Shown here piece after piece: positions 50,820 through 60,135 of a stretch of 64,000 nt of DNA (its first letter is position 1; each line of letters starts with the position of its first letter). Both the position numbers and the translations under genes were made by a program. Source of the DNA: Candidatus Latescibacterota bacterium (GTDB lineage: Bacteria > Latescibacterota > UBA2968). The notes below the pieces were generated by a model, which ran no database searches, was not told the origin of the DNA, and saw nothing but the letters and a program-made list of their open reading frames with translations. The stretch is from NCBI GenBank assembly GCA_965198115.1, contig OZ240241.1, positions 4,480,001 to 4,544,000 on the forward strand, given 5' to 3'.

Positions 50820-52358
50820 CTACCGATCGACCACGACCCCTCGCGCCTCCAAAGCGGGGATCTGAGCCGTCAAAGCGACGTCGCTCAGAGGATTCGCCCG
50901 CACGTCGACGATGTCTCCCATCCCGATACCCTCGTTTTCGACGAGCGCCGATAGATCGCCGATCGCGTTATCTTCCAGCAGTACGTGCTCGAGATGGACC
51001 AAATCGGCGAGCGGTGACAGATCGGATATCTGGTTCTGTTGCAGCGCCAGGACCTCGAGCGACGGCATCGTGGACAACACGGAAAGGTCATCTACCGCGT
51101 TGCCGATCAGCGCGAGAGTCTCGAGGTGCTGGAAACCCGTGAGCGCAGAGAGGGTCGTCAGCTCGTTGTGGCGCAGGTCCAGATGCACCAGAGAGGTGAG
51201 CCCCGACAGAGGCGAGATGTCGTCGATCTCGTTGCTATTCAAACTGAGAAAAGTTAGCCCTGTCAGGGTCCCAAGGACGGAGACATCCGCAATCTGACAT
51301 CCTTCCAGCACGAGCTCCTCCAACGCGATGAGCCCCGCCAGCGACGTGAAATCGGTCACAGGGTTCGAGCTCAGATCCAGAGAGACGAGATCCGTCAGCG
51401 ACGCCAGATCGCTGATGTCCTCAACCTCGTTCATCACCAGACGAAGGGACGTCAGGGACATCCCCCGGAGTGGCGAGATATCCCGGATCCCGTTCGCATC
51501 GAGGTTGAGCGTCTTGAGCGCTCGGAGACGCGGCAGGACCGACAGATCGTCAACCTGATTGAAGGCAAGGTCCAAAAATGTGAGCACCCTGAGCCGACGC
51601 AGCGGAAACACTCGCTCTACTTCGTTGTGGTCGAGATCCAGGTGCCGGAGCGTCGTCAATTCCAACAGCGGAGAAAGATTCCCCACCCGGTTCTCCGTCA
51701 GAATCAGCGTGTCAAGCGACGCGAAGTGCTCCAAACCGTCGATCGAGACGAGATTTCGTCGCGGCAGGTCCAGCGTTGTCAGATCCGCCACATCCGAGGT
51801 CATCAGCTCTGAGCTCGAAACGCCGGCCAGTTCCCGCACGGTCAACGACAGCCCGTCATCATCCATAACAACGGGCACGTTCTCCCGTGCTCTCCCCCCG
51901 ACCCGCAGATAGAGCGCCTCCGTCGGCGTATTGAGCGGAATACTCCCCCACCGCCCCATCGCGCCGGTTACCGGATCGGTGGCCCGAAACTGGTAGTAAC
52001 CCGAAATACCGACCCGACGAAACGGTCCGTTCAGATCGTTCTCGATCACGACCGAAGCCAGGCCCTGTTCATTCGTCGTGGCCGACCACCCTTCGTCCGC
52101 GGACGTGCCCGAGACCGACCGCTCGACGACCACGACCCACCCCTGCGCAGGGAGACCCGCGTCCTTGACAGTCATCGTGAGCACTGCGCGTTGGGCGACC
52201 GCTGCGATTTTTCTGGCCGGCCCGGATAGCTTCTCTGTCTGTCCGGACGCATCTCCGTCCAACTGTGATCGCAACGGATTTACTTCGCCACAACCAATCA
52301 GAAGACCAGCAATGATGGCCGACAACCAGATGATCGATGCATGTATGTTGTGTTTCAC
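50820..52358 (-). CDS. Internalin-like leucine-rich-repeat lipoprotein
   Basis: Lipobox 'LIGC'; about 13 repeats of 22 aa 'L..L..L.L..N.I.D.S.L'. Confidence 0.92.
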   Translation of the reverse strand: MKHNIHASIIWLSAIIAGLLIGCGEVNPLRSQLDGDASGQTEKLSGPARKIAAVAQRAVLTMTVKDAGLPAQGWVVVVERSVSGTSADEGWSATTNEQGLASVVIENDLNGPFRRVGISGYYQFRATDPVTGAMGRWGSIPLNTPTEALYLRVGGRARENVPVVMDDDGLSLTVRELAGVSSSELMTSDVADLTTLDLPRRNLVSIDGLEHFASLDTLILTENRVGNLSPLLELTTLRHLDLDHNEVERVFPLRRLRVLTFLDLAFNQVDDLSVLPRLRALKTLNLDANGIRDISPLRGMSLTSLRLVMNEVEDISDLASLTDLVSLDLSSNPVTDFTSLAGLIALEELVLEGCQIADVSVLGTLTGLTFLSLNSNEIDDISPLSGLTSLVHLDLRHNELTTLSALTGFQHLETLALIGNAVDDLSVLSTMPSLEVLALQQNQISDLSPLADLVHLEHVLLEDNAIGDLSALVENEGIGMGDIVDVRANPLSDVALTAQIPALEARGVVVDR

Positions 52359-52475
52359 GGTGCGGGTCTTTGGATGCTATAGGTGTTCGGGGTTCGACTG
52401 CCAGGCTGACGACAAAATGAAAGCGCCCGAACAGATGCCCGGGCGCCCCAGTGTCACAGTTACCGAACGGCTCGA

Positions 52476-55400
52476 TCAATCGTCCGCCGCGAGCTCTCCC
52501 GCTGTCATCGATCCCGGTCGCGCATCGTCCTGCTGCTCACTCAGTCGAACCGTCACGAGCTTCGACACACCCGGCTCTTCCATCGTCACGCCGTGAAGAC
52601 AGTCCGCAGCCTCCATGGTGACCTTGTTGTGGGTGACGATCAGGAACTGCGTATCCTTCGAAAATTCTCTGATGACACGCACGAACCGGGTTACGTTGGC
52701 GTCGTCGAGCGGTGCGTCTACCTCGTCGAGGATACAATAAGGACTGGGCTTGACGAGATAGATAGCAAACAGCAAGGCAATGGCGGTTAGCGCACGCTCT
52801 CCACCCGAGAGTAGATTGATGCTTTGAAGACGCTTGCCTCTCGGCCGGGCCGTGATCTGAATCGCCGCCTCGAGGGGATCCTCGTCGGGTGTCATAGTGA
52901 GATCGGCCTCTCCCCCTTCAAAGAACTTCGCGTACGTAATCTGGAAATTTTCCCGAATCTTGCCATAGGTTTCCAGAAACCGGGCGCGCGCTGTCCTGTC
53001 GATTTTCTGGATCGTTCGTCTCAACGTGTCTTCGGCTTCGAGAAGATCGTCCCGCTGCTTCGCCAGGAATTCATAGCGTTCCTTCTGAACCTCGTACTCC
53101 TCGAGCGCGGCCAGGTTGACCGCTCCCATGCGCCTGAGACGCTCCTGAATCTCGACGACCTTCTTGGATGAGATGTCGGCATTGAACTCTGGATCCTCCA
53201 GCCGGCCCATCTCCTTCAAGTCCAGGTCTCGCTCGGTCAACATTCGCGTATGAAGCTCCTCCGCGCGCGTCTTCAGCTCCGCCAGTCCGACCTCCAACTC
53301 GTGAAGCCGTTCACGACTTTTGGTCACCTTCCGCCTCTTTTCGCGCAGGTCCTCCTCCACGCCGCGGGACATCATCATCAATTCTTGCTGACTCTCGGCT
53401 TGCCGGTCCCGTTTCTCCTCGGCCTCTTTCTGCTTCGTGTGCAGCTGCTCGAGCTCTCCGCTCGCCGCCGCCACGTTGGCCTCGAGCTGCCCGCGTCGAT
53501 CTCGACTTTCCTCCGATTCCTGTGCCAGTCCGGATTTCTCCAGGTCGAGTGTTTCTGCCTCCTTCGACAGACGCAGGGCCTCCTGGCTCAATCGTTCGGA
53601 CCGCTCTTTCAGCGAAGCGACCTCGACGCGGTGGGCCGAAACGCGTTCGTGGACTTCGGCTCGGGTCCGCTCCGCGTTCGAAACGATCAGTGCGATCGCA
53701 CGTTCCGTCTCTTCCCGCACGAGTCGTCGGGCTTCAAGCGCGCGCAGTAGAACTCGTCCCTCCGCCAAACGCCGCTCGAACTCGGAGACGCGGTCATCCA
53801 GCCGAGCGTGTTCGTCGGCCAGCTCTTCAGCCGCCCGATCCTGGCGATCGGCCTCGACGCTGGCGTTCTGGTGATCCCTCTGCCTCACGGCGAGACGGTG
53901 TTTGAGGTCAGCGAGAACGTCATCGGCCGTCTCCAGACGCTCCGTGTAGGCTGCGAGTCGTTCGACGGCCATACGAATCTGCTGCTCCAGGTCATTCAGT
54001 TCCGCCCCTGCCGTCTCGACGGAGCCCGTGAGCGCTTCAATCTGCTGGTGACGTCCGATCAGACTCGTTTCCTCGCTACCCGAGGCACCCCCGAAAATCG
54101 TGCCGTCAGCCGCGAAAACCTCACCCTCGAGCGTGACACAGCCACAGCCACGGGCGCGAAACTCCGGGTACCAGACGAGAGCCGTGGCGGCATCGACTAC
54201 GACGAACGTGTTCCGCAGCAGACCGACGGCGGCGCCCAGATCGTCACCCTGTTGCTGAACCAGGTCGCTGGCTCGGCCGATGATCCCGTCCCCGATCGGG
54301 GGAGACCACGGTGTTCCCGACGCGTGCGTGATCCGGTCGGACGGCAGGAAGCCCGCAGCCCCGTGGTTGCCGTCCCGCAAGTAGGCCATGGCTTCGACCG
54401 CATCGTCCGTCGAATCGATCACCAGACAGTCGAGAGAACGACCGAGCGCCGCTTCGATCGCCCGAGCATACCTCGGTTCGACGCCCACCAGGTCTGCCAG
54501 GATTGCCCGGATGCGGCCCGCGAACGGGGAAGCATCCACGGCGAGCGCCTGAACACCGGCCGAATAGCCCTCGAACTGTTCTTCCAGCTTTCTGAGCAAA
54601 GCGAGGCGGGCCCGGTCGGCCTCCAGACGGCCTCGAAGTGCGACACGAGATTCGACGAGGGCGTCGCCCCGGATCTGACTGTCCTGCCGATCACGCGCCA
54701 GCGCGTCCCGATCGGCCTGCGCCTGGCTGATTCGAGTCTCCAGCGCCGCGATTTCGACTCCGGCTTCTTCGAGCACCGCCCGCGCCTCGACCCGACGTCC
54801 CTCCACACGGTCGACATCTTCGACGAGCCGTGATCGGCGTTCCCGCAATCCCTCGACTTCGGCCTTGCCACGCTCGAGAGAGGAAGATTGGCTATTGATC
54901 TCCTGCATGAGGGCGCGCGATCTCGACTGCTCGTCCTCCGACCGCGACCGATGGTCGTTCACCCGCTCGTTCAGATCCTCGAGCTCGGTGCCCTTGCGCT
55001 CGACCTCGGCCGTCACTTCGGACAGGCGACGCGCCGCATCCGTTGCTTCGGCGCTCGCGCCTTCGCTGTCCGTCAGCGCCGTCGACCTTCGTTCCGCTAG
55101 CTCACCACCTCGACGATCAGCGCGTGTGAGAAACCCGTCGATTCCACGGATCTCCTCGCGAGCCACGAGGATTGCCCGGTCTTTTTCGTGCACATATCCG
55201 ACCTGGCGACTCACGTCTGCATTCGCCGCTGCCAGCGCCTGGTCCTGCTCTGATAGCTCGGCTCGGATTTCCTCCAGACGCGCCTCCAGACGCGCCGAAT
55301 CGGTCGTGCCGACCTCGACCTCCTCCTTAAGGAAGGACATCTCGTCCAGCATGGGTCTTGATCGGTCCGACATTTCAAAATAGCGGTGCCGGGCAACCTG

Positions 55401-56081
55401 GACTTCGAGGGCTTGAAGCTCGTCCGTCAGCTGTTTGTAGAGACGCGCCTTCCGCTCCTGGCGCGCCAGCGACGTGACCTGTCTCTCCACCTCGCCGATG
55501 ATGTCGTCGATTCGGGTCAAATCTTGCTGGATGGATTGCAGCTTGTTCCACGCCGACCGTCGACGAACCTTGTATCGTGTCACCCCTGCTGCTTCTTCAA
55601 ACACGCGTCGTCGTTCTTCGGTCTTGTCGCTGATGATCTCATCGACCATGCCCTGCTCGATCACCGAGTAGGAATGGGCGCCCATCCCAGTGTCCATCAG
55701 CAAATTCTGAATGTCCCTCAGGAGGCACGGGATCTTGTTGATCAGGTATTCGCTCTCGCCCGATCGATACAAACGCCGCGCCACGGTCACCTCCGTGAAC
55801 TCGACCGGCAGGAGACGTTGCGAGTTGTCGATCGTCACCGAGACCTCGGCCAACCCCAGGGGCTTTCTGGACCGAGAACCCTGGAAGATAACGTCTTCCA
55901 TGTGACTGCTTCGCAGGGCCCGCGCTCGCTGCTCGCCCAGACACCAGCGAATCGCGTCGACCACGTTCGATTTGCCGCACCCGTTCGGTCCGACCACCGC
56001 AGTGATACCGTTTTCCAGCTTCAGGTCGAGCTTCTGCGCGAACGATTTGAACCCGAAGGCATTCAGTCGGGACAGATACAA
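52476..56081 (-). CDS. smc: Chromosome segregation protein SMC
   Basis: TTG start with ggagga RBS; 'GFKSF', GPNGCGKSN, coiled coils and hinge, 'LSGGE', 'ILDEVDAPLD', 'IVTH'. Confidence 0.96.
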   Translation of the reverse strand: MYLSRLNAFGFKSFAQKLDLKLENGITAVVGPNGCGKSNVVDAIRWCLGEQRARALRSSHMEDVIFQGSRSRKPLGLAEVSVTIDNSQRLLPVEFTEVTVARRLYRSGESEYLINKIPCLLRDIQNLLMDTGMGAHSYSVIEQGMVDEIISDKTEERRRVFEEAAGVTRYKVRRRSAWNKLQSIQQDLTRIDDIIGEVERQVTSLARQERKARLYKQLTDELQALEVQVARHRYFEMSDRSRPMLDEMSFLKEEVEVGTTDSARLEARLEEIRAELSEQDQALAAANADVSRQVGYVHEKDRAILVAREEIRGIDGFLTRADRRGGELAERRSTALTDSEGASAEATDAARRLSEVTAEVERKGTELEDLNERVNDHRSRSEDEQSRSRALMQEINSQSSSLERGKAEVEGLRERRSRLVEDVDRVEGRRVEARAVLEEAGVEIAALETRISQAQADRDALARDRQDSQIRGDALVESRVALRGRLEADRARLALLRKLEEQFEGYSAGVQALAVDASPFAGRIRAILADLVGVEPRYARAIEAALGRSLDCLVIDSTDDAVEAMAYLRDGNHGAAGFLPSDRITHASGTPWSPPIGDGIIGRASDLVQQQGDDLGAAVGLLRNTFVVVDAATALVWYPEFRARGCGCVTLEGEVFAADGTIFGGASGSEETSLIGRHQQIEALTGSVETAGAELNDLEQQIRMAVERLAAYTERLETADDVLADLKHRLAVRQRDHQNASVEADRQDRAAEELADEHARLDDRVSEFERRLAEGRVLLRALEARRLVREETERAIALIVSNAERTRAEVHERVSAHRVEVASLKERSERLSQEALRLSKEAETLDLEKSGLAQESEESRDRRGQLEANVAAASGELEQLHTKQKEAEEKRDRQAESQQELMMMSRGVEEDLREKRRKVTKSRERLHELEVGLAELKTRAEELHTRMLTERDLDLKEMGRLEDPEFNADISSKKVVEIQERLRRMGAVNLAALEEYEVQKERYEFLAKQRDDLLEAEDTLRRTIQKIDRTARARFLETYGKIRENFQITYAKFFEGGEADLTMTPDEDPLEAAIQITARPRGKRLQSINLLSGGERALTAIALLFAIYLVKPSPYCILDEVDAPLDDANVTRFVRVIREFSKDTQFLIVTHNKVTMEAADCLHGVTMEEPGVSKLVTVRLSEQQDDARPGSMTAGELAADD

Positions 56082-56289
56082 CGCGTATCCTCCAGATACA
56101 TCCGGTGGCAGTGGGTGCGAGACACCGGCCTGCAAAACGCAGGCTTCGGACCCAGGGGCCAATGTGGAAAGCTGGACAGAGGAACTTAAAGGGGTTGGGG
56201 GGTGGTCGCCACGCTGGAATTGCCCGTGGGGTTAGGCATTCCGGCAGTGGGTACTACAAAGAGTATAAGAAAACCGATCAAGCTGTGAC

Positions 56290-56318
56290 ATAATACCCTA
56301 CCTGGTAGGTACGGTCAA
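56290..56318 (-). promoter_or_regulatory. Sigma70-like promoter for smc with a palindrome in the spacer
   Basis: TTGACC-N17-TATTAT; spacer contains cctacc-a-ggtagg. Confidence 0.55.
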
Positions 56319-56488
56319 GCCTCTTCTCGCAAACGAGAGCGGTCGGAGAGTCTACTTAAATTTCTAATTATCAAATGCTTGCTTCTATCTCTGTGCCCCG
56401 GAATAGCGCATTGCGTGTCCGAAGTCTGGTTGACTTCGGGGGCGGTCGTGTTTTAGCTTGGGAGGCTCGGATTCCAGGGGAGATCGTG

Positions 56489-57610
56489 ATGGACTTGACC
56501 GGAAAGATCGACCGAATCGAGAAAATCGTCCTCCGGTTCAAACGGCCCCGCCTCATAGGCAGGAACGCCCGCATCGGAGTCCACGGAGACACCGTCACGG
56601 ACCCGATCGTTCGAGTCCGCAGCTCGACGGGTGCCACGGGCGTGGGTTGGTCTCGCATCGAACAGGAAGATGCCCAGGACCTCGTGGGGCGTGAGGTGGC
56701 GAGCCTGATCGACGAGGAGGGCACGTCGGAGTCGGGAAAGCCGATCGACCTCCCTCTCTGGGACCTGGTGGCTCGGCAGTCCAACCAGCCGCTCTACGAG
56801 CTCCTCGGAGCGCGCGGAAACCGAGAAGTCGAGCTTTACGACGGATCGATCTACATCGACGATCTCGACGCGAACGACGAGGAAGCGGACGCCATCTTCC
56901 GCGAAGAAGTGGCAACGGGGCACCGCTACGGCTACCATAACTTCAAAATCAAGATCGGCAGAGGTGCACGCTGGATGCCCATCGTCGAAGGCACCGACCG
57001 TGACGTCCGCGTCATCCACACAATCAGGGAGGCGGCACGTCCCGACGCGAAGATTCTCATCGACGCCAACAACGGAACCACACTCAACATAGCGAAGGAC
57101 ATCCTCCTCCGATGTCGCGATGTCGACATCTACTGGTTCGAGGAGGCGTTTCCCGAAGATCGCTCCTTCAACGAGGCGTTCAAAGAATTCATCCAGGACG
57201 AAGGCTTCGACACGCTCGTCGCCGATGGCGAGTCGGGTCCCCCGCCGCCGTATTTCTTCGACATGGTCGAAGCGGGATGGATCGACATCGTCCAGCACGA
57301 CTTTCGAGCGGTCGGCCTGAGTTGGTGGCGCAAGACCGCCGACCGGATCGAACCGTGGGGGGCTCAATGCGCTCCGCATTGCTGGGGAAGTCTGCTCGAA
57401 CGCTATTCTCACGCGCATTTTGCGGCCTCGATTCCAAACTTTTCCCTGCTCGAGGCCGCACCCGCCGATACACCCGGCATCGTCCTCGACGGATGGGAGA
57501 TTCGCGAGGGCAGAATGATCGTACCCGACACGCCGGGCACCGGGTTCGATCTCGAACCGGAAGTGATCGAAAAAGGGGTGCGCGAGGAAGGCGGGTTCGC
57601 TCTATCCTGA
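56489..57610 (+). CDS. Enolase-superfamily (mandelate racemase-like) enzyme
   Basis: 'DLPLWDL.A.....PLYELLG', KxK 'FKIKIG', metal ligands 'DAN', 'WFEE', 'DGE'; 'PH'. Confidence 0.88.
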   Translation: MDLTGKIDRIEKIVLRFKRPRLIGRNARIGVHGDTVTDPIVRVRSSTGATGVGWSRIEQEDAQDLVGREVASLIDEEGTSESGKPIDLPLWDLVARQSNQPLYELLGARGNREVELYDGSIYIDDLDANDEEADAIFREEVATGHRYGYHNFKIKIGRGARWMPIVEGTDRDVRVIHTIREAARPDAKILIDANNGTTLNIAKDILLRCRDVDIYWFEEAFPEDRSFNEAFKEFIQDEGFDTLVADGESGPPPPYFFDMVEAGWIDIVQHDFRAVGLSWWRKTADRIEPWGAQCAPHCWGSLLERYSHAHFAASIPNFSLLEAAPADTPGIVLDGWEIREGRMIVPDTPGTGFDLEPEVIEKGVREEGGFALS

Positions 57611-57743
57611 GACCAGGCCACCCACGGCAAGCCACAGAGTGATTCGTCTCTCGCCACTGTGTTGACGTCGTCTGCCCCGGTGGCACCGGTCGATGACCCC
57701 GTGCCCACATCCATCACCGTCACCGGCATCGCGACTGTCTGAC

Positions 57744-58898
57744 GTGCAGACCCTGCTCATCAAAAACGCCCACGTCTACGCCCCCGAAGATCTGGGTATC
57801 TGCGACGTGCTGTGTTTCGGACCGCACATACTCGACGTCGGGAAGGACGTGTGGCCCGTCGGAGATCCCGTCGTCGTGCAAGCCGAGGAGCGATCGCTCC
57901 TTCCCGGCCTCGTCGACAGCCACATCCACGTGATGGGAGCGAGCGGCGGCGCAGGCCCGACGCATCGATCACCCGAAATGCCGCTGTCGTGGATGACCCT
58001 GGCGGGGATCACGACCGTCGTCTCGCCCCTCGGCACCGACAGTCTCAGCCGGACGTTACCCGGCTTGTTGAGCCGAGCGGCCGCACTGACCGACGAAGGC
58101 ATCAGCGCCTACGCCTACACGGGTGGCTGGCGAAATCCAGTGCCCACGCTGACCGGCGACGTGCAGGCCGATCTTGCCTACATCGATCGATTCCTGGGCG
58201 TCAAGGTCGCGATTTCCGAAGCTTCGGCTCCTTCCTTGCCTCACGCCAGCCTGTGTGAATTGGCGCACGCCGCGGTCGTCGGTGGCGGCATCGGTGGCAA
58301 GCGGGCCGTGCTGCACGCCCATATTGGAGACCTCGATGCTGGCCTGTCACCCCTCCAGAGAGTCGCGGAAACCACGGGATTGCCCCCCGATCGGTTTGTG
58401 GCCACACACGTCAACCGCAACCCCGGGCTTTGGGAACAGGCAGCGGTTTTCGTGCGGGAGGGCGGAAGTATCGATCTGACTTCCCAGATTCAGAAGGATC
58501 GCGGGTATGCGAACGCCATCGAGCCAGATCGCGCGCTCCTGGAACTGTTAGACACCGACCTTCCCCGCGACCGAATCTCCGTGTCGAGCGACAGCGGGGG
58601 CGCGTATCCCCGCCCCGCCGACGCACGGCGTGGCCGATACGCCATGGCGGAGCCGATGACCCTCTTCGACAGCGTGCGTGCTGTCGTCCGACAGGGTGTT
58701 GGGTGGCCGACCGTCCTGCCTCTTGTCACGCAAAACCCCGCCAACCGCCTGGGTCTGGCGACGAAGGGACGAATCGAAGCCGGACGGGATGCCGATCTCG
58801 TTCTCCTCACGGACGAGGACGAAATCGAGCTGGTGTGGAGTCGTGGAAAGACCATGGTCGCCGACGGTGAAGCCGTCGTCCGGAGCGACTACGAATAA
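57744..58898 (+). CDS. Isoaspartyl dipeptidase (IadA)-like amidohydrolase with divergent active site
   Basis: 'PGLVDSHIH', 'LGTDSLSR', 'GVKVAISE', 'THVNRN', 'SSDSGG', 'KGRIEAGRDADLV'. Confidence 0.85.
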   Translation: MQTLLIKNAHVYAPEDLGICDVLCFGPHILDVGKDVWPVGDPVVVQAEERSLLPGLVDSHIHVMGASGGAGPTHRSPEMPLSWMTLAGITTVVSPLGTDSLSRTLPGLLSRAAALTDEGISAYAYTGGWRNPVPTLTGDVQADLAYIDRFLGVKVAISEASAPSLPHASLCELAHAAVVGGGIGGKRAVLHAHIGDLDAGLSPLQRVAETTGLPPDRFVATHVNRNPGLWEQAAVFVREGGSIDLTSQIQKDRGYANAIEPDRALLELLDTDLPRDRISVSSDSGGAYPRPADARRGRYAMAEPMTLFDSVRAVVRQGVGWPTVLPLVTQNPANRLGLATKGRIEAGRDADLVLLTDEDEIELVWSRGKTMVADGEAVVRSDYE

Positions 58899-58917
58899 CT
58901 GCCTCGTAGGAGACTGA

Positions 58918-60124
58918 ATGGGAACATACAACGTCGCGGTCCTGCCCGGCGATGGCGTCGGCCCCGAGGTCGTCGCCGAATCGGTCAAGGTCCTGCTCGC
59001 TCTGGAGAAGCCTTTCCCGACCTCCGGTTCATCCTGAACGAACACCCCGTTGGCGCCGCGTGTTATCAGCGTACTGGATCGGACCTCCCTGCCGAGACAC
59101 TCGAGGCGTGTGATGTGGGTCGAGAAGATCACGCTCTTCCCGGCCTCCCTGCATCGGCGGATCATGTCGACGATCGTCCGTGAGGTGCCCACCGTCCACC
59201 GTGCACCGTCCACCGTCCACAGCTATAGCGCGCAGCTCCCGCAGCGCCGACGCCATCCTGTTCGGGTCGGCCGGCGATCCCAACATCCGCTTCGAGGACG
59301 GGACCGAAATCGCACCGCAACTCACCCTCCGATTCGTCCTCGACCTCTACGCCGGAATCCGCCCGATCAAACAATACGCCGGGGTCGCGCCGCTTCTCGC
59401 GGAAGACCCCCCGATCGACTACGTCATCATGCGCGAAAACACCGAAGGTCTCTACGCTTCGCGAGGGGCGGGTGTTCGCGTCGGCAACGACGTGGCCGTC
59501 GACAGCATGGTCATCACAAAGCGCGGAACGGAGCGCATCGCGAAGTACGCGTTCGACATCGCCGTGGAACGGACTGGCGCTCCCCGCGACGGTGTCAGCC
59601 GAGTCACGTGCGTCGACAAGGCAAACGTTCTCAAGAGCCAGGCATACTTTCGCGAAATCTACGATGGCGTAGCCGAAGGCTATCCCGATATCGAGCGCGA
59701 CTACGCCTACGTCGACGCGTTTACCGTACACCAGGTCCGGCGACCCGACTTCTACGACGTCGTCGCCGCCGAAAACATGTTCGGCGATATCATCTCGGAC
59801 CTGGGTGCGGGCACGATCGGTGGCATGGGTATGGCTCCGTCGGCGGACGTCGGCGATCGCTACGGCGTCTTCCAGCCCTCTCACGGAACCGCTCCCGATA
59901 TCGCGGGAGAAGGTATCGCCAATCCCGTCGCTCAGATCCTCTCCGCCTCGATGATGCTCACGTGGCTCGGCATGAAGAAAGATGACGAAGTAGCCCGGCA
60001 GGCGGCCAGACACATCGACGAAACGGTTGGACGGGTCCTCGAAAGCAAGACGTCCCATACCGCCGACGTGGGTGGCCAGGCCAGGACCGAACAGGTAGGC
60101 GACGCAGTGGCCTCAGAAATCTAA
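58918..60124 (+). pseudogene. Isopropylmalate/tartrate/isocitrate-family dehydrogenase; frameshift ~59008 and 128-bp insertion 59112-59239
   Basis: 'AVLPGDGVGPEV', 'ETLEAC|RSADAILFG', 'RENTEGLY', 'DKANVL', 'NMFGDIISDL', 'HGTAPDIAG.GIANP'. Confidence 0.88.
59189..59222. repeat. Heptamer tandem repeat (ccaccgt x4-5) inside the insertion
   Basis: ccaccgt ccaccgt gcaccgt ccaccgt ccacag. Confidence 0.75.
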
Positions 60125-60135
60125 CGGAGGATGCG

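Noticed and set aside
52476-56081. SMC as a Wadjet/Mks defence system
   Set aside because: Canonical housekeeping SMC with hinge; no jetABD-like neighbours
58548-59213. 221-aa minus-strand ORF as an ABC ATPase gene
   Set aside because: Only 25 codons look ABC-like; the rest is antisense to other genes
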